NCBI GenBank assembly: GCA_017303535.1
Contig: JAFLCO010000002.1
Coordinates: forward strand, 1 to 59,254
Length of the DNA stretch: 59,254 bases
DNA from: Planctomycetota bacterium
GTDB lineage: Bacteria > Planctomycetota > Planctomycetia > Pirellulales > PNKZ01
Direction: 5' to 3'
The notes under the pieces were generated by a model. That model did not search any database and was not told where the DNA came from. It was given only the letters and a program-made list of their open reading frames with translations. Position 1 is the stretch's first letter, and each line of letters begins with the position of its first letter. Position numbers and translations under genes: made by a program. Shown in pieces: positions 27,021 to 36,738 of the stretch.

Positions 27021-27386
27021 TTAGAACCGGTGGTGTCCGTGGCTCGGACGCGGGTAATGGCCGCTGGTGGGCGGGAACTGCGGATACTTCGGCTGCGGAT
27101 AGTAGTTGTATTGCGGCTGAGGAGCGGTCAGCCGGCCGGCCAAAAATCCTATACCGACGAGCGCACCGCCGATGAGCACCTTCTTCAAAATCGGATGCTC
27201 GTCTTGGCCGACGGGCTGCACAGGATAGCCGTAGCCGCCGACCGGTTGGTATTGGGCTTGGTAGCCGTATTGCGGCGTTCCGTAGCCGACTCGCCCCCAT
27301 TGCCCGGCTTGCGACGTCGCGGTGCTCCCGATTAACAGTCCCAGAATTGTTAGACCCGACACGGCAAACTTTGTAACTCGCAACAT
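27021..27386 (-). CDS. Small exported Tyr/Gln/Pro/Gly-rich protein with a Gly-zipper-like TM segment (121 aa)
   Basis: Start is the ATG at 27386 (MLRVTKFAVSGLTILGLLIGSTATSQA). The low-complexity region is GYGTPQYGYQAQYQPVGGYGYPVQPVG. The TM-like segment is VLIGGALVGIGFLAG. The tail is QPQYNYYPQPKYPQFPP...HGHHRF. Confidence 0.6.
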   Translation of the reverse strand: MLRVTKFAVSGLTILGLLIGSTATSQAGQWGRVGYGTPQYGYQAQYQPVGGYGYPVQPVGQDEHPILKKVLIGGALVGIGFLAGRLTAPQPQYNYYPQPKYPQFPPTSGHYPRPSHGHHRF

Positions 27387-27617
27387 GGCCCGTCTCCCGA
27401 TGGCGTCTCCCGCCGGCGGCCATGCCCTCGTGTTCGCTTCCCAGCGTCGAACCACGGCGGCCGCACGGACATTTGGGAAAAGCGAAGAGCGTGCCGAAGA
27501 CGAAAAACCGCACCGTTCCGCAGGTTATTGCTGAAGTTACGACCGGCGTCGCCGAGCGTGCGACGCCGCTTCGTATTCGTTTCGGCGACAGGCGCGATCG
27601 TTTCGACGACGCGCCGA

Positions 27618-28277
27618 TTACGCGTCGCGCTTCAGTTCCAACGTCGCCCACAAGCTAGGGTCTTCGTGGTACGGAAACTCCGGGCCGCAGCTAAAGGTCT
27701 GCGTGCCGATCTCGCGGTCGATCACGGCGTAGGTGAACCCGAGGCGCGGGTTTTCGACCGGGTCCCAGCCGGTCAGCGCCGCCGGCGTCACGAGACAATC
27801 GAGCAGGTAACCGTCCGGCCGTTTCTCGCGGCGGAACTTCAGCAAGTTCGACCGCACGGGCTTGGGGTTTTCGCGAGCCCGCGAGATGAAGAGTTGCTCG
27901 CCGTACGGTTCGTCGAGATTGCGCCCGGAGCCGGACGGCATAAAGATGAACTGGTGACAGAACCGACTCGCGCGATGGATGTTGTGCGTGTCGCGGGTAT
28001 CGATCCAGACGCGCAGGCCGTCGCTTTCGTCGGGCCGGCTGTCGCGGCACCAGGGCAACTGCTTCTTGCCGCCGACCAACACGCTGAACGCGACCCCTTC
28101 CTCGCTCCACGCCGTCCGCACTTCGGCGTACGCGGGCCCGCCTTCCAGATCGGCCAGCCGCGGGAGCTTGCAATCGTCGGGTAATGCGAGGCCGGAGTCT
28201 TTCCACAGCGGCTTGCGATACCGGCAATCGAAGCGATAGCGGAAGAGGAAACGGGCCGGAAGAAGAGGGGTCGACAT
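27618..28277 (-). CDS. Hypothetical protein, CBM9/DOMON-like beta-sandwich (guess)
   Basis: The ATG at 28277 lies 3 nt after the uvrA stop on the same strand. The patterns EVRTAWSEEGVAFSV, DGLRVWIDTRD, GFTYAVIDRE and PSLWATLEL resemble the CBM9-like family. Confidence 0.75.
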   Translation of the reverse strand: MSTPLLPARFLFRYRFDCRYRKPLWKDSGLALPDDCKLPRLADLEGGPAYAEVRTAWSEEGVAFSVLVGGKKQLPWCRDSRPDESDGLRVWIDTRDTHNIHRASRFCHQFIFMPSGSGRNLDEPYGEQLFISRARENPKPVRSNLLKFRREKRPDGYLLDCLVTPAALTGWDPVENPRLGFTYAVIDREIGTQTFSCGPEFPYHEDPSLWATLELKRDA

Positions 28278-28280
28278 GGC

Positions 28281-31200
28281 TTACTTCTCTGTTACCGCGT
28301 CCGCGTGTTCGTTGAGGAAGTCGTTCAGGGCTTCATCGGTCAATTGTTCGACGCTGTTGAACTGCAGCCGAACGACGTCTCGATCGGGCCTGTCTTTATC
28401 GAGCGACGGGGTTACGCCGAGCGTCGTCACGCGGCCGAGCGCGAACTTGTTCTTCGGGCCGTTGAGGTGTAGTTCCACGGCGTGCGGCTTCTTGGTGAAC
28501 ACCGTCGCCCACGGCTCGCTGCGACCTTTCAAGCAGTAGTGAATCAACTGCTGGTTGTTCCAGAGAAACTGCCCTTCGGCCGTATCGCTCAATAGCTCGC
28601 AGAGTTCTTCGAGCACTTCACTGTCCCAGGAAACCTTCTTACCCGGCGGGAAGCCTTTGCGGGCGAAGTGCCATTTTTGGCCGAGCACCTTCCACGGCAT
28701 GATGTTCTCTGGATTGATCGCGGCCTTGTCGGCAAACTTCTGAAAACCGCGAACGGAATCTTCGACGAACTTCCAGAAAGCCGGCGTATCGATTTCGTCC
28801 CAAGCGTGCACTTGCAGCTGCACTTCTTGCCACGGTCCGCGGAGGTTCTTGCATTTCACGCGCGGCTCGGTGCCGTAGACCGGCAGGTCGGGCATTTCGT
28901 TGAGCGGCTTCAGGTTCAACTGATGCACGATCTCGTCCCGCTTGAACGTGCTCTTGGCCGTGCGGAACTTGAGCTTGAGCAGCCATTCTTCGCCGGTCGA
29001 GGCGTGGAAGAACCAGCCGTCGCTTTTCTTTTCGCCGGTGATTTCGACGATCGTGCGGCTGTTGAAGTTTGTCGGCGCGAACTCACCCAGCTCTTGGATT
29101 TTGTCGATCACAGTCGCCAGGATGCGGCCGTCCCAACGGCACGGCTTGCCGTTGCGCGCGACGCGATCGGTGACGTGCCACCGCCGGCCGTCGACCTGCC
29201 ACGGCATCTGCGCCTCTTCGCCGACGGCGTCGAGATCGACGTCGTCCTCGCGCGGCTTCTCGGCCGCCGTCGGATCGAACGGCTTTCGCTCTTCGTGCGG
29301 CCCTGCGGCGAGAATCGGTTCCAGCATCTCGCCGGTGTAACTGCGGAGCAATTGCGGCGAGTCCTTTTCCGTCGCCTTAACGGCGGCCTTACGGCCCCCG
29401 CTCGCCTTCTGCTTACCGCCGACTGCCCCCTGCGCACTTTGATATTGCTTCGCGTGCTCCACCAATTGTTCCGGCGTGCCGGCGGCGACGACGTACCCGC
29501 CTCCTTCGCCCGCCTCGGGTCCCATGTCGATCAGCCAGTCGGCCGTTTTAATGACGTCGAGGTTGTGCTCGATGACGACGACGCTGTTGCCGAGATCCAC
29601 CAAGCGGTGCAGCACTTCGAGAAGTTTGGCCAGGTCGTCGAAATGCAAGCCGGTCGTCGGTTCGTCGAGCAGGTACAGCGTGCGACCAGTGTCGGGCCGA
29701 GCCAATTCGGCGGCCAGCTTCACGCGCTGAGCCTCACCGCCCGAAAGCGTCGGCGCCGGTTGGCCGAGCGTCACGTAATCGAGGCCGACGTCGCAGAGCG
29801 TCTGCAGAATCTTGCGGATCTGCGGGATGTTCTGGAAGACCTCGAGCGCCTTGCCGACAGGCATGTCGAGCACGTCGGCGATCGAGCAGCCGCGGAACTG
29901 CACGGCCAGCGTCTCGGGGTTATAGCGCTTGCCGCGGCATTCGTCGCACTCGACCCAAACGTCGGGCAGGAAGTGCATTTCGATCCGTAGCTGACCGTTC
30001 CCTTCGCACTTCTCGCAGCGACCGCCGGGCACGTTGAAGCTGAACCGCCGCGGCGTATAACCGCGCAGTTTCGATTCCGGCAGGTTCGCGAAGAGCGTCC
30101 GCACCTGATCGAACACGCCGGTGTACGTCGCCGGGTTCGACGTCGGCGTTTGGCCGAGCGGCAACTGATCGACGCGGATGACTTTGTTGATCTGGTCGAC
30201 GCCGCGGAGCGCATCGTGCTTGCCGGGGAAGGTACGCGCCCGGTGCAACGTGCGAGCCAGGCTGTTGTAGAGGACGTCTTCCACGAGCGAACTCTTGCCC
30301 GAACCGCTGACGCCGGTGACGACGGTGAACGTGCCGAGCGGAATCTGCACGTTCTGATGCCGCAAGTTGTTATGCGAAGCCCCGCGCACTTCGAGAATTG
30401 CGCCAGGGAACGTTACTCTCGGTTCTTCAACGGCAGTTTTCGTCGCGACGGCCTTATCCGCAACCTTCTTCTTCGCCTTCGAAGCGGCAACAGAAGTCTT
30501 CGAAGAAGCGGCCTTCTTCAATTCCCTATTCCCCACTCCCCCTTCCCCATTCGAACCAACGCACACGCGCCGATTTGTCGGCACCGCGATCCCCTTGGTA
30601 CCCGCGAGGTACGGCCCGGTGACCGACCGCTTCTGCTTGCCGACCTCTTCCGGCGTACCGCGCGCCACGACTTCGCCGCCGTGCACGCCCGCCTTCGGTC
30701 CAAAATCGAGCAGTTGATCGGCCCCGGCGATCACGTCTTTATCGTGCTCGACCATGAGCAGCGTGTTGCCGAGGTCGCGCAGCTTGAACAGCGCGTTGAG
30801 CAGCCGCAAATTATCGCGCGGGTGCAGACCGATCGTCGGTTCGTCGAGCACGTAGAGCACGCCCGTCAGACCGCTGCCGACTTGGCTCGCCAGTCGAATC
30901 CGCTGCGACTCGCCGCCGCTCAAAGTCGGCGCGCTGCGACCAAGCGTCAGATATTCCAGGCCGACGTCGACCAAAAACCGCAGCCGATTGTGAATCTCGC
31001 GCCACAATTCGCCGGCGATCTTCCGATCGCTACCGGTGAGCTTCAGGTCTTCGACCCACTGCAAGAGCGGCCCCAGCGGCGTGCGGCAGATTTCGTCGAT
31101 CGTTCGGTCGCGGAACCGCACGGCCGCCGCATCGTCGCGCAATCGGGCCCCGCCGCAAATCGAGCATTCGACCTCGTCGACCAAGTGATCGAGCTTGCCG

Positions 31201-34200
31201 CGCAACGCCGGCGACAAGCGGGCCGCTTCTTCCAGCGCAGGATAAAGACCTTTGTATTGGAAGCGAAACGCCGGAATGTTGTCGGTCGCCGCGACCTCCA
31301 CCCAATCTTCGCCACGACCATGAAAGATCGCTCGCCGCGCCTTCGCACCCAGTTGTTCAAACGGTACGTCGGTCGGCACGCCGAGATGCACGCCCAAGGC
31401 CTGCAACATCGGTTTGAAGAGCGGATGCTTGGCGTCGGGCCAAAGAGCGACCGCCCCTTGCGCGAGCGTGAGCTTCGGGTCGTTGAGCAGCGCCGCGGGG
31501 TTCGCGCCGGTTTGAATGCCCAGGCCCTCGCAGCTGCCGCACCAGCCCAAGGCGCTGTTGAACGAGAAGTTGTGCGGCGACAGCGGTTCAAAACTTCGTC
31601 CGCACTTATTGCACGACATGTGGCGACTGTGCACTTCGACGCGCCACTTCTCTTCCGGCATGTTGTCGTCGACGTAGGCCGCGTGAATCACGCCGCGGCC
31701 GAGATCGAGGGCGTTTTCGATGCTGTCCGCGATGCGCGACCGAGCGCCGCTGCGAACGACCGAACGATCGACGACGACCTCGACCACGTGCTTGCGGCGG
31801 CGATCGATCGTCGGCGGCTCGTCGACCGAGTACGTCTTGCCATCGACCCGGATGCGCTGATACCCGCGGGCCCGCATGTCTTCGAAGAGGGCTTCGTACT
31901 TCTCGCCGACCTGCACGTCTTGCGGCGCCATGAGGTAGAGCTTCGTCCCCTCCGGCTCTTCCATGATCTTGTCGACGATCTGGTCGACCGTTTGCGTGCC
32001 GATCGGAATATCGCAGGCCGGGCAGTAAGCCTTGCCGAGCCGTGCAAACAAGATGCGGAGATAATCGTAAATTTCCGTCACGGTGCCGACGGTACTGCGC
32101 GGCGTGTGGCCGAGATGTTTTTGCTCGATGGCGATCGCCGGCGAGAGCCCTTCGATGTGCTCGAGTTGCGGCTTCTGCATCTGGCCGACGAACTGCCGCG
32201 CGTAACTCGACAAGCTTTCGACGTACCGGCGTTGCCCTTCGGCGTAGACCGTATCCATCGCCAGCGAACTCTTGCCGGAGCCGCTGGGGCCGCAGCAAAC
32301 CGTGATCATGTCTCGTGGGATTTCGACGTCGACCGACTTTAGATTGTGCTGCCGTGCGCCTTGCACCTTGATCGAACGAGCTTCCTCGACGCGTGGCCGC
32401 TGCGGCCCCTTGGCCTTGGCCAGCGCCTGCTTATGACCTTCGCCGTAGAGGAACTTCTTCAAAGCCTGACCGGTGTGCGACTCTTTCACCGCGGCGACTT
32501 CCTCCGGCGTCCCTTGCGCGACGATCTGCCCGCCGCCGGCGCCGCCGTCGGGCCCGAGGTCGATGATCCAGTCGGCCGTTTTGATGACGTCGAGGTTGTG
32601 CTCGACGACCAGCACCGTGTTGCCGGCGTCGACGAAATCGTGCAGCACCTTGAGCAGCAAGCTAATGTCGGCGAAGTGCAGGCCGGTCGTCGGTTCGTCG
32701 AGCAAGTAAAGCGTCTTGCCGGTGCTTTTCTTTACAAGTTCGCGCGCGAGCTTCACGCGCTGCGCTTCGCCGCCGCTCAAGGTCGGCGACGGCTGACCGA
32801 GCTTCAAATAGTCGAGCCCGACGTCGTGCAGCGTTTGCAGCTTGTGCCGCACCGCCGGGATGTTTTCGAAATGCTCCAGCGCCTGCTGGATATCCATCTC
32901 CAACACTTCGGCGATGTTCTTACCCTTGAAGCGAATCTGCAGCGTCTCACGATTGAAGCGATGACCGTCGCACACCGGGCACTTCACCCACACGTCGGCC
33001 AAGAAATCCATCTCGAGCCGCGTACTGCCGTTCCCTTCGCAAGCTTCGCAGCGCCCCCCTTCGACGTTGAAGCTGAAGCGCCCTTCCTGATAGCCGCGCG
33101 CCTTCGCTTCCGGCAGCTGCGTGTAGAGCTTGCGAATGTCGTCGAACACCTTGATGTAGGTCGAGGGGTTCGAGCGCGGCGTGCGACCGATCGGCGACTG
33201 ATCGATCGAAATCAGCTTATCGAGATGGTTGAGCCCTTCGATCTTTTCGAACGCGCCCGGGTTGCCGAGGCCGCCGTTCAGATCGCGGTTGAGGGCTTCG
33301 ACGAGAATGTCGTTGACGAGCGAACTCTTGCCGGAGCCCGACGCCCCGGTGATGCAAACGAACATCCCCAGCGGCAATTCGACGTCGATATTTTTCAGGT
33401 TGTTCGCGGCCGCGCCAATGATCTTGAGCGCGTTCTCTTTGCGCCGGCGGCGGGTCTTGGGAACTTCGATCTTGCGCTCGCCCGAGAGAAACTGGCCGGT
33501 CAGGCTCCGCTTCTCTTTGCATACCTTTTCATAATCGCCGGCGACGACGACTTCGCCGCCGCGCACGCCCGGGCCGGGGCCGAAATCGATCAAGTAATCC
33601 GAAGCCCTCATCGTGTCTTCATCGTGCTCGACGACGACGACCGTGTTGCCCAAGTCGCGCAGCCGTTCGAGCGTGCCGAGCAGCCGATCGTTGTCTCGCG
33701 GGTGCAGACCGATCGAAGGTTCGTCGAGAATGTAAAGCACGCCGACGAGGCCGCAGCCGATTTGGCCGGCCAGCCGAATGCGCTGCGACTCGCCGCCGCT
33801 CAACGTCGGCGCCGTACGGTCGAGCGTCAGGTATTCCAGGCCGACGTTCGTGAGAAACCCAAGCCGGCCGCGGATCTCCTTGAGCACTTCGCCGGCGATC
33901 GCTTGGCGGACGGCGTCGAGATCAAGCTCGCGGAAGAAATCGACGCAGTCGGAAACGCTCAGTGCGCAGATTTCCGGCAGGCCGAGGGCCGGCTTCTTGG
34001 CAAACGTCTCATGCTTCGTCGTCAGCGTTACGGCCCGAGCTTGCGGATTGAGCCGAGCGCCATGGCACGCCGTGCAGCCTTGCGTGCGCATGTACTTTTC
34101 GAGAGCGCGCCGCTGCATGCCGCTTTGCGACTGTTTGTACTTCGACGTCAGCTCGGGAATGATCCCTTCGTACTTGCCGCCGTACTTGTGCCCCGACGGG

Positions 34201-35483
34201 CCTTGCCGCCAAGTGTAAGTAATGTGCAAGTCGCCGGTGCCGAAGAGCAGCTTGTTTTGCAAGTCGGGCGACAACTCTTCCCAGGCCGTTTCGAGCAGCG
34301 TGCCTTCTTCGAGCTTTTCCAGTCGCTCAAGCGTGTCGGCGACGCCTTGAAAGATATGACGGCGCCAGCGTCCCATGTCGGCCCACGGTCCGATCGTTTC
34401 GATCGCCCCTTGCTTGAAGCTCTTGGCCTTGTTCGGGACCATCAAGTCGACGTCGAAGCCGAATACCTCGCCGAGCCCGTCGCACTCGGGGCACATTCCT
34501 TGCGGGCTGTTAAAGCTGAAGAGCTGGGGCGTCGGCGGCTCGAAGCTCAGGCCGCAGGGCGTACAAGCATAGTGGGCCGAGAGATGAATGTCGTTAGGAT
34601 TGCGACCCGTGCGCGCGGCCCCTTTGGCTTTGCGCTTCGGAGCTTCTTCCTCGGCGACGACATCGCTCTCGTCGTCATCATCGTCGTTGTCTTGAGCCTC
34701 CTCACCGTCGGCCATTTCCAACAGCGGCGCATAACCGGCCGGGCGCTTGGCGTCTTTCGCCGCGGCCGTTTCCAGGGCGACGACGATGTTTCCCTTGCCG
34801 ATCTTCAAGGCCAGATCGACGGCTTCCGCCAACCGAGCCCGCAGGCCCGGGCCGGCGGTGAGCCGGTCGACCACGACTTCGATGTTGTGCCGCATCTGCC
34901 GGTCGAGCGACGGCGGCGAACTCAGCGAAATCACCTCTCCGTCGACCCGGGCCCGCACGAAACCCTGCTTGAGCAGGTCTTCGAACAAGTCGCGATGTTC
35001 GCCCTTTTGCGCGCGGATGATCGGCGCGAGGAGCGAGAACTTCACGCCGCTTTCGAGCACGCCGATCCGGTCGATGATTTGTTCGCGCGTTTGCGCAGTG
35101 ATCGGCTTGCCGCACTGCGGACAATGCCCTTGGCCGGTCCGTGCGAAGAGCACGCGGAGATAATCGTAAATCTCCGTGATCGTGCCGACCGTGCTCCGCG
35201 GGTTCTGGCCGCTGGTCTTTTGCGAAATCGAAATCGACGGGCTGAGGCCCGAGATCAGATCGACGTCGGGCTTGGGCATCTGCCCCAAAAACTGCCGGGC
35301 GAAGCTCGAAAGGCTCTCGACGTAGCGTCGTTGCCCTTCGGCATAAAGCGTATCGAACGCCAGCGAGCTCTTGCCGCTGCCGCTGACGCCCGTGAGACAG
35401 ATAAGTTTATTGCGCGGGAGCGTAAGGGAGACGTCGCGCAGGTTATGCTCGCGTGCCCCTTTGATGACGATATCGGCAGCCAC
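28281..35483 (-). CDS. uvrA: Tandem-duplicated excinuclease ABC subunit A (UvrA-UvrA fusion plus ~310-aa C-terminal extension), 2400 aa
   Basis: Four Walker A motifs are present: GVSGSGKSS at aa 32, GASGSGKSS at aa 713, GPSGSGKSS at aa 1065 and GVSGSGKSS at aa 1724. Four ABC signatures are present: LSGGESQR twice and LSGGEAQR twice. Each unit starts with the canonical (I/V)KGAR(E/Q)HNLK/R and holds Zn-module Cys pairs. The two units join through the linker [27 protein letters not shown]. Confidence 0.95.
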   Translation of the reverse strand: MAADIVIKGAREHNLRDVSLTLPRNKLICLTGVSGSGKSSLAFDTLYAEGQRRYVESLSSFARQFLGQMPKPDVDLISGLSPSISISQKTSGQNPRSTVGTITEIYDYLRVLFARTGQGHCPQCGKPITAQTREQIIDRIGVLESGVKFSLLAPIIRAQKGEHRDLFEDLLKQGFVRARVDGEVISLSSPPSLDRQMRHNIEVVVDRLTAGPGLRARLAEAVDLALKIGKGNIVVALETAAAKDAKRPAGYAPLLEMADGEEAQDNDDDDDESDVVAEEEAPKRKAKGAARTGRNPNDIHLSAHYACTPCGLSFEPPTPQLFSFNSPQGMCPECDGLGEVFGFDVDLMVPNKAKSFKQGAIETIGPWADMGRWRRHIFQGVADTLERLEKLEEGTLLETAWEELSPDLQNKLLFGTGDLHITYTWRQGPSGHKYGGKYEGIIPELTSKYKQSQSGMQRRALEKYMRTQGCTACHGARLNPQARAVTLTTKHETFAKKPALGLPEICALSVSDCVDFFRELDLDAVRQAIAGEVLKEIRGRLGFLTNVGLEYLTLDRTAPTLSGGESQRIRLAGQIGCGLVGVLYILDEPSIGLHPRDNDRLLGTLERLRDLGNTVVVVEHDEDTMRASDYLIDFGPGPGVRGGEVVVAGDYEKVCKEKRSLTGQFLSGERKIEVPKTRRRRKENALKIIGAAANNLKNIDVELPLGMFVCITGASGSGKSSLVNDILVEALNRDLNGGLGNPGAFEKIEGLNHLDKLISIDQSPIGRTPRSNPSTYIKVFDDIRKLYTQLPEAKARGYQEGRFSFNVEGGRCEACEGNGSTRLEMDFLADVWVKCPVCDGHRFNRETLQIRFKGKNIAEVLEMDIQQALEHFENIPAVRHKLQTLHDVGLDYLKLGQPSPTLSGGEAQRVKLARELVKKSTGKTLYLLDEPTTGLHFADISLLLKVLHDFVDAGNTVLVVEHNLDVIKTADWIIDLGPDGGAGGGQIVAQGTPEEVAAVKESHTGQALKKFLYGEGHKQALAKAKGPQRPRVEEARSIKVQGARQHNLKSVDVEIPRDMITVCCGPSGSGKSSLAMDTVYAEGQRRYVESLSSYARQFVGQMQKPQLEHIEGLSPAIAIEQKHLGHTPRSTVGTVTEIYDYLRILFARLGKAYCPACDIPIGTQTVDQIVDKIMEEPEGTKLYLMAPQDVQVGEKYEALFEDMRARGYQRIRVDGKTYSVDEPPTIDRRRKHVVEVVVDRSVVRSGARSRIADSIENALDLGRGVIHAAYVDDNMPEEKWRVEVHSRHMSCNKCGRSFEPLSPHNFSFNSALGWCGSCEGLGIQTGANPAALLNDPKLTLAQGAVALWPDAKHPLFKPMLQALGVHLGVPTDVPFEQLGAKARRAIFHGRGEDWVEVAATDNIPAFRFQYKGLYPALEEAARLSPALRGKLDHLVDEVECSICGGARLRDDAAAVRFRDRTIDEICRTPLGPLLQWVEDLKLTGSDRKIAGELWREIHNRLRFLVDVGLEYLTLGRSAPTLSGGESQRIRLASQVGSGLTGVLYVLDEPTIGLHPRDNLRLLNALFKLRDLGNTLLMVEHDKDVIAGADQLLDFGPKAGVHGGEVVARGTPEEVGKQKRSVTGPYLAGTKGIAVPTNRRVCVGSNGEGGVGNRELKKAASSKTSVAASKAKKKVADKAVATKTAVEEPRVTFPGAILEVRGASHNNLRHQNVQIPLGTFTVVTGVSGSGKSSLVEDVLYNSLARTLHRARTFPGKHDALRGVDQINKVIRVDQLPLGQTPTSNPATYTGVFDQVRTLFANLPESKLRGYTPRRFSFNVPGGRCEKCEGNGQLRIEMHFLPDVWVECDECRGKRYNPETLAVQFRGCSIADVLDMPVGKALEVFQNIPQIRKILQTLCDVGLDYVTLGQPAPTLSGGEAQRVKLAAELARPDTGRTLYLLDEPTTGLHFDDLAKLLEVLHRLVDLGNSVVVIEHNLDVIKTADWLIDMGPEAGEGGGYVVAAGTPEQLVEHAKQYQSAQGAVGGKQKASGGRKAAVKATEKDSPQLLRSYTGEMLEPILAAGPHEERKPFDPTAAEKPREDDVDLDAVGEEAQMPWQVDGRRWHVTDRVARNGKPCRWDGRILATVIDKIQELGEFAPTNFNSRTIVEITGEKKSDGWFFHASTGEEWLLKLKFRTAKSTFKRDEIVHQLNLKPLNEMPDLPVYGTEPRVKCKNLRGPWQEVQLQVHAWDEIDTPAFWKFVEDSVRGFQKFADKAAINPENIMPWKVLGQKWHFARKGFPPGKKVSWDSEVLEELCELLSDTAEGQFLWNNQQLIHYCLKGRSEPWATVFTKKPHAVELHLNGPKNKFALGRVTTLGVTPSLDKDRPDRDVVRLQFNSVEQLTDEALNDFLNEHADAVTEK
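30521..30557. repeat. GGGGAGTGGGGA-family repeat embedded in-frame in the uvrA unit-2 linker
   Basis: ATTCCCTATTCCCCACTCCCCCTTCCCCATTCGAACC on the plus strand. On the coding strand it encodes ...[12 protein letters not shown].... It resembles 43241..43277, ATTCCCCACTCAACACTCCCCACTCCCCACTTCCCCC. Confidence 0.55.
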
Positions 35484-35675
35484 TGGCGTTGTTTCAATCC
35501 GTTACGCGGTTGCGGCGAAAGAATCCTGAATTGTAGAAGGGGCCCCCAGCAAGCGGCAAGCCGGCCGCGAAAAAGAATCGATCTCCCGTAATTGGGGGAC
35601 GAACGCGAGCGAGCCGTTATGATGTTGTTTGCCGCATCGCTTGACAGCCTGTCCTCGCACCGCCTGATTCGTCGT

Positions 35676-36221
35676 ATGAGCGACTCTCCCGCGCCTTCTG
35701 ACGCCACATCTTCGAACGTTGTCACAACGCCGGCGGAACCACGCGCGTCGAGCGCGCCGAAGCGGTCGCCGCTGCTACCGTTCTTCTTCGCGAATCTAGT
35801 GGCCGTTTATCTACCAGGGGTCTTGCCGACGGCCATGAAAGCCCTCTCCGCGGAAGAGGGAGCACGGGCCGACTTCGAAGAGCTGCGCGTGCACCTCATC
35901 AACTTTCTTGACGCGCCCTATGCCTGGCTGGGCCTGCAGTTTCAACTCGGCGATTGGCAACTGCTCGGGCTGCAAAACGGCGTGTTCATGCTTGCCCCTT
36001 GGCTCGGCGAACTCGGCTCGTTTTACACGATGCTGTTCGGCCTCTGGTTCGTCGTGCTCGGGCTATCGATCGGCGTACGTAATGAACCACGCCGGCTATG
36101 GCTGACGTTTTTCTTGTTCGTGCTGTTTTCGTTGCAGGCGATTCTCGTCGCGCGCAAAACGGTGATCGACAAACAGATGCTGCCGGCTCCGGCGGCACAA
36201 GAAGAAGTGGACGACCTTTAG
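35676..36221 (+). CDS. Hypothetical membrane protein
   Basis: The ORF has hydrophobic helices LLPFFFANLVAVYLPGVL, FMLAPWLGELGSFYTMLFGLWFVVLGLSI and LWLTFFLFVLFSLQAILV. The start is uncertain: I chose the ATG at 35676, while the track starts at 35592. Confidence 0.6.
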   Translation: MSDSPAPSDATSSNVVTTPAEPRASSAPKRSPLLPFFFANLVAVYLPGVLPTAMKALSAEEGARADFEELRVHLINFLDAPYAWLGLQFQLGDWQLLGLQNGVFMLAPWLGELGSFYTMLFGLWFVVLGLSIGVRNEPRRLWLTFFLFVLFSLQAILVARKTVIDKQMLPAPAAQEEVDDL

Positions 36222-36649
36222 TCGAGCGGCGGGAAAACATCCGGCTCGATCTGATATCCCTCGGCCAGCGCGTTCGTCATGTTGAACAGCCCAGCGATCG
36301 CCAAAACTTCGGCGAGGGCTTCGGTCGAAAGCCCAAGTTTGCGCAGTGCCGCCGTGTGGGAATTGACGCAGTAGCGGCACCCGTTGGTCGCCGACACCGC
36401 CACGGCGATGATCTCCCGCGTCCGCGCATCGAGCAGCCCGGTGCGACCTTCGGCCTCGGGATGCATGAGCCGCTTGAGCGTGGTCCAAACCAGTTCCAAC
36501 TCGAGCGGATGCACGGCCAGCGTCCGCCAAAAGGCCGGGACGAAATCGATGTTCTTGGTCCGCTTGATGTCGGCAAAGATTTCGGCGACCTTGCCCGTCG
36601 CCGCGCTTTCTTCCACCTGCTTAACCGTGGCCGCTCGTGGTTCGCTCAT
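36218..36649 (-). CDS. Carboxymuconolactone decarboxylase / AhpD-like family protein
   Basis: The AhpD-type CxxC context is SATNGCRYCVNSHTAAL. Length is about 143 aa. Start is the ATG at 36649 (MSEPRAAT). Confidence 0.8.
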   Translation of the reverse strand: MSEPRAATVKQVEESAATGKVAEIFADIKRTKNIDFVPAFWRTLAVHPLELELVWTTLKRLMHPEAEGRTGLLDARTREIIAVAVSATNGCRYCVNSHTAALRKLGLSTEALAEVLAIAGLFNMTNALAEGYQIEPDVFPPLD

Positions 36650-36738
36650 GTTGTGCCCCTTTCGTATCGCCCCGTTTTTCATTGACTACGCCGTCGCGCG
36701 GCCGCATCCTAGTCGACGCCGCTCTGTTCTGACAAATC

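Noticed and set aside
26893-27651. 252-aa minus-strand ORF
   Set aside because: It has an Arg/Ser/Gly-rich composition and overlaps, in a different frame, the more plausible small signal-peptide gene 27021..27386. It also overlaps the end of 27618..28277.
30540-30560. tRNA T-arm-like GGTTCGAATGG on the minus strand
   Set aside because: It lies inside the uvrA coding frame, is part of a dispersed repeat, and has no acceptor or anticodon arms around it.
28668-35591. Three very long plus-strand ORFs (28668..29990, 30150..32342 and 32346..35591, the last being 1081 aa)
   Set aside because: They lie antisense to the UvrA gene, which has unmistakable motifs. The products are Arg/Ala/Pro/Val-rich with no motifs, as expected for shadow frames in high-GC DNA.
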